Shown piece after piece: positions 1 through 11,946 of a stretch of DNA of 64,000 nucleotides (the first letter of the stretch is position 1; each line of letters starts with the position of its first letter). Made by a program: the position numbers and the translations under genes. The stretch is from the NCBI RefSeq assembly GCF_009914755.1, contig NC_060927.1; one strand, given 5' to 3'. The DNA is from the human T2T-CHM13v2.0 reference genome, Homo sapiens. The notes below the pieces were generated by a model. That model was not told the origin of the DNA and did no database searches. It was given only the letters and a program-made list of their open reading frames with translations.

Positions 1-379
1 GAACCATTGGCTGTCAAAATGAAAAACAACAACTCTTAGTTGCTATCATGTAAAGCATTTTCAGGTTTTTTCCACCCCAAGAACGGCTCAAAAGGGTAGA
101 AAAGACAGAGTGAGAATATCTTAATCAAAAAGTTTCAGCCAAGTAGGGCACATAGTGAAAGGAGCCACTTTTAGGCCAGCACTAATAACACTCTTACCTA
201 CTAGATGTAGTAAAGGCTGGGCAAAATAAAAAGAAGCCCAATGTTAATTCAACAACAGTAGTTCTGGTCACCTAATAAATGGTAGTAGTAATATTCTCCA
301 GGACTCATACTCGTCACTTTAGATGCACTATTTCTAATCCATACAAGTTTGCAAGTTAGACATTGCTAACCCAAATTAA

Positions 380-480
380 AACACGAAGAGGCTGAAGTTC
401 AGAGAGGTTATTTGCCTGCTCAAGGTCACCCTGCTGGTAAATGCCTGAGTTGCACTGAAACCACATCTGATGCCCCAACC
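380..480. mobile_element. MIR SINE fragment
   Basis: MIR core-like gaggctgaagttcagagaggtta..gctcaaggtcacc; boundaries approximate. Confidence 0.55.
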
Positions 481-1409
481 AGCTCTCCAGTCACCATTTC
501 CTGCTGCTTTTCTTTTAGGACATAAAGATGTGAACAAAACTCTTCCTCAGTACTTTGAAAAGTCACCAGGTGATATGTGTCCCCTTTTCTTTCCCTGCCC
601 TCTTCTGGTTTCTCTCCAATCCTTTGCTTTTTGATTCACACCATATTTAGTCAGTATTCATTTCCCCAACTCCAATTCACTTATTCCTTCAGCCACAGTA
701 ATGTGGTATTGCACCCCAGCCCTTTTGGAAACTGTCCTTCCTAAGAAAAGAAAGAATAAAAAGAAATCAAGGCAAGGCTTCCAATCTACTTGGAACTTAA
801 ACTAAAGGCTCCCAGATAACAAGTAATTCTCTTACACAGCAACCAATTATTTACCTGGACACCAGTACTCTCATTAGAGTTGGCATGTTACATATTAGAG
901 GGATGACTAAGGTGGGCACAACGTGTGAAATCGATTATAGATTATGTGCAAATCATACATATTCAAAAGAATGCTTCACTGAATTAGAGCTTCAAAAGGT
1001 ATTTGGAAGCTTTTATCTTTTATTCAGGGAAGGAATTTACACACAAATAAAAATTACTGAACTTAAGAGTATTTTTGTTCCATATTCTAAATGGTACAGG
1101 ATCAAGCAAAAATGATAGTCTCTTCATTTAACTCTAAGTTGTACTTCAGTGAAGATGTCCATTTAATAGACAATGTCTAGTTCATGTTTTAAGTTCTAAC
1201 GCTGCACTTGAAAATTAGTACACCTACCACACATTGCCCACACTTGTGGTCTAAATTGCTGAGGTCTATGAACCACTCTGTTGTATATGTTTCCTCAATC
1301 ATCCAAAATGCAAGCTACACCCTTCTAAGCACTGCACATCAGCTAACACTATTGATTCTCAAGATAACCTTTTGTAAGCACTATTATCCTGATTATTACA
1401 TATGAATAG

Positions 1410-1505
1410 ATTGAGTCACAGAAAGGTTAAATAACTTGCCCATGACCACACAGCTAGCAAAATAAGATAGCAGAAAATCAAATCCAAGTGCTCTGACGCC
1501 TCAGC
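1410..1505. mobile_element. MIR SINE fragment
   Basis: gagtcacagaaaggttaaataacttgcccatgaccacacagctag resembles the MIR core. Confidence 0.6.
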
Positions 1506-1656
1506 CTGTATCTATTATACCTCACTGCGCACAATACCACCATATATATGCACATTAATAGGCCAAGAAAAAGTACTACATAGGTACTACCAGGCACCAG
1601 ACGCTGGAGATGAAGGAATAAAAAAAGCCTGGTTCTGTGCTGAAGATGTTTCTCTC

Positions 1657-1954
1657 TTTTTTTTTTTTTTTTTGAGACAGAGTCTCGCTCTGTTGCCCAG
1701 GCTGGAGTGCAGGGGGGTGACTGGGCTCACTGCAACCTCTGTCTCCCAGGTTCAAGCAATTCTCATGCCTCAGCCTCCTGAGTAGCTGGGATTATAAGCA
1801 TGTGCCACCACACCTGGCTAATTTTTGTATTTTTAGTAGAGATGAGGTTTAGCCATGTTGGCCAGGCTGGTCTCAAACTCCTGATCTCAAGTGATCCACC
1901 CGCCTCAGTCTCCCAAAGTGCTGGGATTACAGGCGAGAGACAGGGTGCCTGGCC
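1657..1954 (-). mobile_element. Alu (AluS-like), full length
   Basis: Poly-T followed by gagacagagtctcgctctgttgcccaggctggagtgca...ctgggattacagg...cctggcc. Confidence 0.97.
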
Positions 1955-2069
1955 AATGTTTCCTTTCTAAAAGTAGATTTAGGGAAGGTTGAAAGCAAAG
2001 AAGTAACCAATGACAAGATGTATTCATGCTTAGGCCAGTGGGCCATCCTGAGTGTTAGAGGAGCCCAAT

Positions 2070-3030
2070 GCAAAAAACACTTAAATAACAAATGTCTGCA
2101 CACCGAAAGAAACAACACAGTAAACAGCCTACAAAATAGGAAAAAATATCTGCAAAGTATGCACCTGATAAAGGGCTAATATCCAGAAGCTACAAGGAAC
2201 TCAAGCAGCTTGACAAGAAAAAAAAAAATTAAAAACTGAGCAGAGGACATGAAAAGACATTTTTAACAGGAAGCTAGACAAGAAGACAACACACATAGGA
2301 AAAAATGCTCAACATCACTAAGCATGAGAGAAATGCAAGTTAAAATCACAGTGAGATACCATCTTACACTAGTCAGAACGGCTTTTATTAAAAAGTCAAA
2401 AAACAACAAATGTTGGCAAACATGCAAAGAAACGGGAATGCTTATACACTGTTGGTAGGAATGTAAACTAGCACAACCTTTCTGGAAAACAGTATCAGGA
2501 TTTCTCAAAGAACTAAAAATAGAGCTACCATTCACTCCAGCAATCCCAATACTAGGTATATACCCAAAGGGAAATAAATAATTATACAAAAAAGATACCT
2601 GCACTTGTATGTTTATTGCAGCACTATTCACAACAGCAAAGATATGGAATCAACCTAAGCGTCCATCAACAGAGAACTGGTAAAGAAAATGTGGTATATA
2701 TACACCATGGAATACTACTCAGCCGTAACAAGGAATGAAATCATGTCTTTTGCAGCAACATGGATGGACCTGGAGGCCATTATCCTAAGGGAAATAACTC
2801 AGAAAAAGAAAAGTCGAAGATAGCATGTTCTCATTTACAAGTGGGAGCTATACAACGGGCACACATGGACATAGAGAGTGGAAGTGGAGACTACAAAAGG
2901 TGGGAGGCTAGCAGGGGGTGAGAGTTGGAAATTTTCCTGTGGGGTAAACATGTCCATTCTTTGGGTGCACTGAAAGCCCAGACTTCACCACAACTCAATA
3001 TATGCATGTGAGAAATCCACACTTGTAACT
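2070..3030 (+). mobile_element. LINE-1 3' fragment (L1PB/L1MA-type: ORF2 C-terminus and 3'UTR)
   Basis: gataaagggctaatatccagaa, cacagtgagataccatcttacac, ccagcaatccca, and a 3'UTR with aaagcccagacttcaccac. Confidence 0.9.
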
Positions 3031-3569
3031 CTGCACTTCTACACGTCACATTTGTGACCTTTTTTTAAAATTTTAAATAGTTGTAACATATTCATCTGGA
3101 ATAGGAACATATAAACCTTACATAAACTTTTTCTGGATGGTTTCTCCTTATCCCTGGAAGTCCAAAAGCATTGCAATACTGTGTTTTAGGAATGTCAGGC
3201 TCTTTGCCTCTACACTAAATGCCTTTTATAAAAATTTAAATAGTTATATCTCTCTCCCAGATCTCACAGCACATAATTATTACCTTAGCAGTCACACCCT
3301 CTCCTAATCTGATATGATCCAGAACAGAGTTAATCAGTAACCGCAGTCCAAGTTTAAATTGTCAAGGAAGGTCCTTTCTTCTGATTAAAGTACACTGGAT
3401 GTTTGCATATTCCTTGATGTTCATTTAAGGTACAATAAAAGGAGGTGGTTAGCTACATAAACAAATTCTGCCAATTTCAAAATTTGAAATTACCCATGAC
3501 AAACCTGGCAAGAGTAAAAGGGATAAAGCAGCTTACCTCAAAGAGGGATTCTGATAACAGCTAACTTTT

Positions 3570-3760
3570 AACGAGCAGTACCTACTATATGCCAAGTATG
3601 TGCTAAGAGCTCTACAGTCTATCATCTTCATTAATCCTCACAATACCTCTATAAAATAGGTTATTCTAATCTCCACTTTATAAATAAGAAAAACGTCAAG
3701 GTTCACACAAAAGGTTGTAGAACTAGAACTGAATTACAGTCTAGAAACCAGTCTGCTTTT
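3570..3760. mobile_element. MIR SINE fragment
   Basis: cctactatatgccaag..ttaatcctcacaatacctctataaaatagg..ctccacttatataaataagaaaa. Confidence 0.55.
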
Positions 3761-3852
3761 AATCACATACTCAGATAAAAAATTCAAGTGTCTCTGGGGC
3801 CAAACAAGTAAAGTAAATGCACGGAAAGGCTCAGTTTTAAGATTTTTTATAG

Positions 3853-4007
3853 AGGTGTGGCTCTCAACCTTGGCTGCACACAGGAATCACCAGGGGAGCT
3901 TTAAAGACTTTTGAAGCCTGGGTTCCACCCCCCATAGACTGTTATTTAATTGGTCTGGGAGCCACCAGGTGATACTAATGGGCAGTCTAGACTGAGAAAC
4001 ACTGCCT
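3853..4007. mobile_element. MER5-family hAT-Charlie MITE
   Basis: gtggctctcaaccttggctgcaca..gaatcacc..gagcttt..gagaaacactg; inverted termini typical of MER5A/B. Confidence 0.7.
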
Positions 4008-6985
4008 ATAGATACAGACAATGGAGCATGGCTCACTTGAAAGCAGTTTAAAAACTTTAAAGGTTATATAAACACTGTGCTGGCCAAAGATTGTTATTAC
4101 CTTTGCCACCAGTATGTGACCTCTGTCCCACTCCTCAGTATAATTAAGGTGCCAGTATGGGAGATAAATAGATGACTGATTGCTAAGAGGGATAGATAAA
4201 CAGGCAGACATAGATATTTTTATAGTGGAAGGGGTTTGCCTAGTCTCTGACCTTTCTGCATGCCATCCCCACCATCTTCTAGTTATGGGGCTCTTCTACA
4301 ATAAAACTTGTTAACTTGGGGTTACAAGTAACCCACTTTCAAAGGAATCTATGGAGTATAATCTATTCTTAAACTGAAGGTGACCTAAATACGCTCACTT
4401 AACGAACGCACATCATCAGATTATAGGTCTAAACTACTGAAATTTTTTCAAGAGTCATTTTTAAAAAGACCACTCTTTTTAAAGTCATTAATTCTGATCT
4501 TAATCCAAGCCAGGTCAAGCAATCCCACCTAACTAAACAAGTATTAAGACTGGAGAGCCTGATGTCCTAAAAGCCCATCTATGCAGGTGGTACACAGTGC
4601 TGTTGAGTAAAATGTCATTTGTCTTGGAAAAGGGAAGCAAAAGTTGCATACCACCAGAAAATGTTCATTAAATGGCTTACACATGGGAAATCCAAAATAA
4701 ATGCTACTGAAGTCAAAAGTGAATCCACAAAAAACAAAAACAAACAAAAAAATACTTTAGCCTGCTTGTGAAATAATTATTCATGCACAATTATACTGCA
4801 AGTTTTGTAGCACCATAATTAGAGAGGAAATGACAAAAGAATAAATTAAGAAAGGGACTTTGAAGCCACTTATTCAAATTAGGTAGAACATTTCCATCTG
4901 CTGCAAAACAAAAGTTGTATATTTTAATGATCCTGTATTACCATTTACCACCTCTCTTCCCCACTACCACCACCACCACTAAAAAAAGAAAAGGCAAATT
5001 AGAAAAGAAATTTCTAAAATTTCAAAATGAAATACTGCAAATAAAGGCCATTATTCAGAAATTAGGGCCTCAGTCAACAATATCCATCGTCCATCATAGG
5101 CCGTTGAGGCAAAGGAGCTACTTGAACAAAATATTTTCTTGTTTTATTTGGCTTTCAAAAAGCAAAGACACAGAAGCAAAGTCTCAGAAAGACAAAAGTG
5201 CCTGGGATGAACTTACTCGCCACAGTTCAGAATAATTTTTGTTTGTTGTTTGAATAAACATGCATTGATTCCCCTAATGAGTGTCAGGCACAGTGTGGTG
5301 CTGAGGAGGTAATGGTGAAAATGACAGCCTTTGCCCTCATGGGACTCCTAAGAGACCAAGGCACACACAACCTCATATAATCCACCATACATGCCCCTTC
5401 CAGCCATGTTTATGAAAATCTAGTCCCGTTATACTATTAGACGGTAAATTTTTCCCTTGGTCTGACTCCATGGAACTTCACAGGGAAGCAACTGATACCT
5501 TGTAAATAAATAAGTAAACAAATATCCATATTCTCATACCAACAATAACTCATGGGTAAATTTCAATGAGTTTAAAGAAAATTTTGTGAACCTAAGAGCG
5601 TATCAAAACGGGTTTTACTTTTGAACCAAGCCGAGCCATATATTTTCATTGCCTGTGGCTATGCAGCGTCAGTAAGCTAAAAATACTTTTCTTTCTTCTA
5701 AGTTGGGAAGAGCAAGTTAAGTCCAAACAATCGGATGTGTATCATTTTCTCTCATCTTAAATTTTTTACTAGAAAACACTCAAAATAACTGAAGCAAAGA
5801 AGAGGCATCTGTTTCATATCTGCACACACATACACAGAAACATCCCTCTAGCTTGCATCTATCTACCTAGCAATATTAAACAAGCTATATTTGCATCATC
5901 AGCAAAGTCTGCCAACATTTCACCACTTACAGCTATTTATTATTATTTTTTGGTTGGGGAGAAAGCTGCATAAGTATTGAAAACTAACCACAAGTAAAAG
6001 CTTGCAAAAAAAATATGTATAGGATACGTCCTTAACAAGAGGACATGGTGCTGACTTTGAATTTACGTTAAAAGTAAATTCAAATTCAAATTCTGAATTT
6101 ACATTTAAAGTAAATTATGTTTGTGAAAATTACATTAAATTAGATTCTAAAATAGGATAGAAACTTTAAGTTCTTCTACAGGTCTTGCTCAAGTTGGGTT
6201 TGCTGTGCATGGCAAAGTGAAAACCTGTGTTTCTCCTCTTTGGCTTCCCGAAGCTAACTGTAACATACATGCATCTCTGTGATGAAGTAAAAGCTACTTA
6301 GGAAGACAAGTAAACCTGTTTTTAAAGAAATAAACTACTGCAGGATGGTGAATGGTATGTAGTGTGGACTTTTCCCACACATCCAGCATCTCTAAAGACA
6401 TCCTATTAAATTAAAAGAATAAGAAATAAGAAACTAGCAGGTCCAGATCTAGGTTCCTTCCATTCGACTGGGCCATGACTTTAATTAAGCTGCTGGGTCA
6501 TGGCTTAATTTTCCCTTGAAAAACAGCACAGTTTGAGAAATCTCTGCCAAACTCTTCATTTTTTAAGCAACTGACAAAGTCAACAAGAAAGCAAATACCT
6601 AGAATCCACGGAACAATGCTCCTCAGAGCAGGGCTGGCAGAAGCGGCGGAGGGCTACCAGTTTCCCTGCCCCGATTGCAGCTGGGCCTTTGACAAGAGCT
6701 CGGGTAAAGGACTATCTGTGCACCCGCCCACCAAACGCCCAGCGGGACGATGGGCTGGTGCTACGAAGTTCTAAACCTAACCGCTGGGAGGAAGAAGCGG
6801 GAGGATGAGAATGTCATCTCCCCTGACACTCTGGGGCCGGCAGTCCTGAAACGCTCACCTCTGACGTCCCTGAAGGTCAGAGGTGGCAACCACAGTGCCA
6901 ATAGCTCACCAAAGCCACTTTTCCTGCCCGGGTGGAGGCGCGGGGCAAAGTTGGCCACCGGCTGCGCGCGTCCCGTTAGCCGTAC

Positions 6986-7172
6986 CTTGTAACTGGGCGG
7001 AGAGGGACTCCTGGTGCTGCTGGTACTTGAGCGCCACCGCCTCGGCTTTCCGCAGCTGCGTCTGCAGCTCGTAGTAGAGCATCGCGCCGTAGAGAAAGCC
7101 GAACACGACGGTCAGCAGCAGCAGCGTCTGGAAAATCCGCTTCTGCTTTCGGGAGCACATCCCGTTTCCCAT
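6986..7172 (-). CDS. GOLIM4: GOLIM4 (Golgi integral membrane protein 4 / GPP130) coding exon 1: cytosolic tail, type-II signal-anchor TM and start of the lumenal coiled coil
   Basis: Translates MGNGMCSRKQKRIFQTLLLLTVVFGFLYGAMLYYELQTQLRKAEAVALKYQQHQESLSAQLQ (62 codons plus 1 nt, phase-1 donor), recognised as the GOLIM4 N-terminus. Strong Kozak context GGGACT-ATG-G and canonical GT donor at 6985. Confidence 0.97.
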
Positions 7173-7238
7173 AGTCCCGCCTGGACCCAAAGCCGCGGCC
7201 GCCCCCGCCGTCTCCTCCCCTTGGTCCGAGCGAGCGTC

Positions 7239-7277
7239 TCAGCAGCGGCCGCCGCAGTAGGTGGCCAGACGCAGCAT
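7239..7277 (-). other. Upstream ORF MLRLATYCGGRC* (12 aa)
   Basis: ATG at 7277-7275 in weak context (CTC-ATG-C), TGA at 7241-7239; same frame as the main CDS. Confidence 0.6.
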
Positions 7278-7329
7278 GAGGAGGAGATGCCAGACACAAA
7301 AGCCGGCCCGGAGGGGAAGTGGCGCCCGC

Positions 7330-7446
7330 TCAGCCCCCGCGCGGCGCGGGGCGCGCAGCCATCGACGCCGCCCGGGCAGCTGCAGCCAAACTTCTGCGAG
7401 GCTCGTTCTCCGCGAATGCCCGGGGCCGGGAGGAGGCCCTCCGCAT
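7330..7446 (-). other. Upstream ORF, 38 aa, with a second in-frame ATG at 7362
   Basis: AGT-ATG-C (-3A) at 7446; MRRASSRPRAFAENEPRRSLAAAARAASMAARPAPRGG*; TGA at 7332-7330. It is a uORF only if the TSS lies upstream of 7446. Confidence 0.5.
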
Positions 7447-7673
7447 ACTTCAGAGCCGGCTGCCCTCGCGCCTGTCCCCAGATGCCTCCTGCCTTTTTTC
7501 CTTCTTCCCACTTTTTGGCCCCGCTGCCCCCGGGCAGTTCTTGGAGTCCCGCCCTGGCCACTCCCCGCCCTATCGCGGCGGCTCCCACTGCACGACTTTG
7601 TTGCCACCTAAGGGAGGGGGTGCGCGCCCAACAAAGGGACCAGGACTCCGGGCCGCGCCCCCGTGCGGCCTGC

Positions 7674-8096
7674 CCAATGGGTGGAAGGGTGGGGGCCAGC
7701 TGTCTCGGCTGGTTTTGGGGACGGCACAGCGGTGTCACTGACGGGTCGGCTGGTGCCTCTGCCGCCCCGCCACCTCCTGCCCAACTTACGTGTCACCCAC
7801 GGCCCGGCTATTCTGGCCAACGGGATTCCGGGAGGAAGTCCCACTCGGCCTCCTTGCTCATTGGGCCCGTCCGAGCAGACGCTCCCTCCCTTCGGGGAGG
7901 CAGTGCCGGGCTCGATTGGATGCCGGCTTTGTCCGTCCGACCCCAGGGCCGCACCTTCCCTCCCAGTGCCGGGGCCGGCTAGGGGCTCTGTGGGCAGCGC
8001 GGCCGCCTGGCGCCGGGGTGCGCCCACGTGGAGTCGGAGAGGGTGGGAAGAGGCAGGCGGAAGGGCGAAGGGCGGGGAGCTTTGGGTGGGCGGGGG
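7674..8096. promoter_or_regulatory. CCAAT boxes and GC boxes of a TATA-less promoter
   Basis: CCAAT at 7674-7678 (+); ATTGG at 7860-7864 and 7915-7919; GGGCGGGG at 8070-8077 and 8088-8095. Confidence 0.6.
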
Positions 8097-8133
8097 ACTT
8101 GTCCGGGCCTGAGTCTGGGTGAGGTTCGGTGAA

Positions 8134-8136
<3 letters not shown>

Positions 8137-8168
<32 letters not shown>
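8137..8168. repeat. (GT)16 microsatellite
   Basis: Direct read. Confidence 0.98.
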
Positions 8169-8169
<1 letters not shown>

Positions 8170-9651
8170 CCAGTTCTCGTTCGGAACGCACGTGGAGAGC
8201 GGAGTAAAATGTGTGTATGAACGAAAGAATGGATGGCAGTAACTGTGTGCACTCTGCTGAGTACACTTTCTTTCCCTGTCCAATAAACTGATGCGGCAGA
8301 CACATGGGATAGCTACATAGCACAATCCCGGTAGTCAAACCAGAGATGCCATGTCGACTGCCTTACCCCATCCAGTGTACTAGCCTAGATGTGTGTGTGC
8401 CCACAGATGGCCCGGCAGGAGTCGGGAGACTGGAAGCACGCTAGACTTAATGTTCAATTGTCCACGTGGGCTGGGGAAATCGGCTTGCCATTGGCAGAGA
8501 GGAAAGAAATGGTCTCACATTTCTCCTCTAGCTGCAAATAGAATAATTTAAAAACAAATCGTACAGACTGAAATGAGTATCCATTCATTTTGTCATATGT
8601 ATTTGTTTTATTGGTGGCAAAACACATCAGTTACATTTCTAAATTACATTTTAAAGGGCAACAAAGGTTCCCTATGTAAAAACTAGTACAGCACAGGAAA
8701 GGTAGTAACCACAAACCTCTTCGAAGAAATGTATACTGCATTTATTTTTTCTGTGTACTTGAGGGGAATAATTAAGGTTATGCACAAATGATAATTTTTG
8801 TTTCTGCTGTTGACCTGAATTCTAAGAAAAGTAAATTTTATCTGTCTGTATAGTGTGGTGTAATTTATGATACACTGCATAATTTTTATATTCTAACTGG
8901 ACTTTAGTCGTTACCATTGCTAATGGGCCTGAGTGCTCAAAATGGGGGTAAATCTCTTTAGCTAAATGCAACAGAAAGACAGTTCCTGGTGCAAAAGTTT
9001 TTTTAGGTGGACTCTGAAATTATAGGTTGCTAAAGCCCTAAAATAAACTGAATTTATAACGATGCTACCCTGTGGCATTTATACCACTGTAAAAATAAAG
9101 TGTGTCTTGCATGTGCTTTTCCTTAATAAATAATAACTTGCGTTAAATTATTCAAAATGCTTTCGTGTGCAGATACACTGTCTCACTGATCACAGCCAGG
9201 GTGTTAGACTTTCATGTTGGTAAAGAAGCCAAAGTTTATCAAAGTGACTATGACAGCTCTAGGACCTTTTAGGTCTTGCATAAAGTTAGTTACTCAGCAA
9301 GATTAGAATCCAGATCCAAACCCTGCTCTATGTCTTTTTCTTCAATAGAAACAATGTTCTCATTCTATTAAACAAGTTACAGTAAGAAATTATATCTCCA
9401 TTAACATGAGAATCTGATTGTAAAAGAAAACAGTCTAAAGGAGTTTGGGAGTTTTGTTGTGTAAATACTACATAATCTTCCTTATTATTAAATCTACCAC
9501 TTTAAATTCCTCTTTTTTAGTTTGACTCTCAGAAATTAACATTGGATAATTACTGGAATCTCTTTAAAATTCCTCATAACTAAACATTCCTTACTGTTGT
9601 CAGAGTACTTTGTTAAACAAACTCTTCCTCCAAAAACACTATCCAAATTTA

Positions 9652-10107
<456 letters not shown>

Positions 10108-11560
10108 TTATGTTTCCTGAATGTATGATTCATCTTAAACCTCTGATTCCTTTGCATCTGATTCCAGACTCCAAAGATATTCTTTGCCTAAAGCTGCTGG
10201 CTGACTCTACAGAACATAATAAATGCAGGCCATAAAACACAACTCAATATTTTAGTCATAAAATTTGAAAGACAGCAAAAATTATTACCTGAACTTATCC
10301 ATTATTTCAAATTCAAGAAGGGTATGTAGAAGTACATAAAATTACTAATGGTGGTATTTTTATAATATTACATTTCCAAGGTAAAGTATGCTGCTAGTTT
10401 CCTGAAAATGTCAGTATAGAGCTTTTGAGCGGCCAACATGAGGAAGCTATCCAAGGCCTATAAAATGAATTTACATAACATTGCCTTTGGGTAGCAATTA
10501 TAACATAACAGCTGTTTATACTGGTCTTGGAAGGTGTGTTGTTCATTCTATTTTATTTTTGCTTCTTTGTTATTTTAAAAATAGTATATATAATTATATT
10601 TCTATATTCCATATATTTAACAATATATTTAACTTTAAATTATAAACCCTGAAGAATTTTACTGATTTAGTATTTTATTTCTGAGGCAGGAAGAAATTAA
10701 CTTAAAGATACTCAAGGTCTTACATTTGAGAAGGGCAAATATAACATTTGGGAATATTAATTCTCTCTAACTTAAGTGAATTTGTCATTTTAATCAAATT
10801 TGTTCATTTTCAAAATAAGGGAAGGAAAAAAAAAGTTGAGAGAGACAGCTGACGTATAATTTCTAAAAGTAAGATTTTAAATTAATAATATTTAGGATCC
10901 TAGAGTAAATAATTTCTATTATCTAAATCTTTTATTTAAATTTCTTTACTACAAATGGAACTCAATATTTTGTAATTTGTAGGAGAAATCATCACCTAAG
11001 AAAAGGTGATGAATAGTAAATAAAATTTAAAATAGCTTTTCAGTATTAATAAACTAATTTTAATCTTTTCATCTGACAATTACAAAAGTTATTTATCCTA
11101 TAAAACAATCTTCACTCTATGATGTCTTCACCTTTTTGCCATTTCATCAGTTTGCTGTCCCCTAATGAATACACTTGCCTTGCTGATTGCCACTTTTACC
11201 TGACCTGTTTTGAGAGGTAAAGAAAGCTGCATTCAAGGTATTATGTCTTTTTGAACATTTTGTGAAAGATGTTTTGAGACTCCTTTTTCATAGGATTTTG
11301 ATAATGACCTAGTAGTAATTGTTAGAAGATTAACAAACTAAAAAGTAGGTCTGTGGTTGAATGCATAACTGAGTAACTGAACCCCACTCAATGTATCTTT
11401 ATGCCTTGTTTACATCTGTCACTACGTTGCCACCTTTGTAATTTTCAACTATATCTGAAGAGGAGGGCAGAGGAGAAAGTAGATGATTTGTTCTTATTTA
11501 TAAAAATGCTTTTCAATGAGAGAAACCTTACCATCAATATCACTAAGAAATACCTTCTGA

Positions 11561-11946
<386 letters not shown>

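Larger units (their letters stand above)
1..6985 (-). other. GOLIM4: GOLIM4 intron 1 (5' portion; continues beyond window start)
   Basis: Begins at the donor CAAG|GTACGG (GT at 6985-6984, minus strand). No GOLIM4 exon-2 coding sequence was recognised further down in the window. Confidence 0.9.
7173..7800 (-). other. GOLIM4: GOLIM4 5' UTR / TSS region (upstream limit uncertain)
   Basis: GC-rich sequence upstream of the ATG, with an in-frame upstream stop at 7241-7239. The TSS cannot be fixed from sequence alone. Confidence 0.55.
6640..8230. promoter_or_regulatory. GOLIM4: CpG island spanning the GOLIM4 promoter, exon 1 and the intron-1 start
   Basis: Abrupt switch from AT-rich CpG-depleted DNA to GC-rich CpG-dense DNA; boundaries judged by eye. 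Confidence 0.92.

Noticed and set aside
6906-6985. ORF continuation GTANGTRAAGG... past exon 1
   Set aside because: Read-through into intron 1 beyond the canonical donor; no evidence of intron retention.
7014-7982. 322-aa plus-strand ORF and other long overlapping ORFs in the CpG island
   Set aside because: Non-ATG start, low-complexity Pro/Arg/Gly/Ala content and antisense to GOLIM4; explained by stop-codon scarcity in GC-rich DNA.
8456-8467. ERSE-II-like AATTGTCCACG; ERSE spacing tested at each CCAAT box
   Set aside because: It does not match ATTGG-N-CCACG, and none of the CCAAT boxes checked has CCACG 9 nt away.
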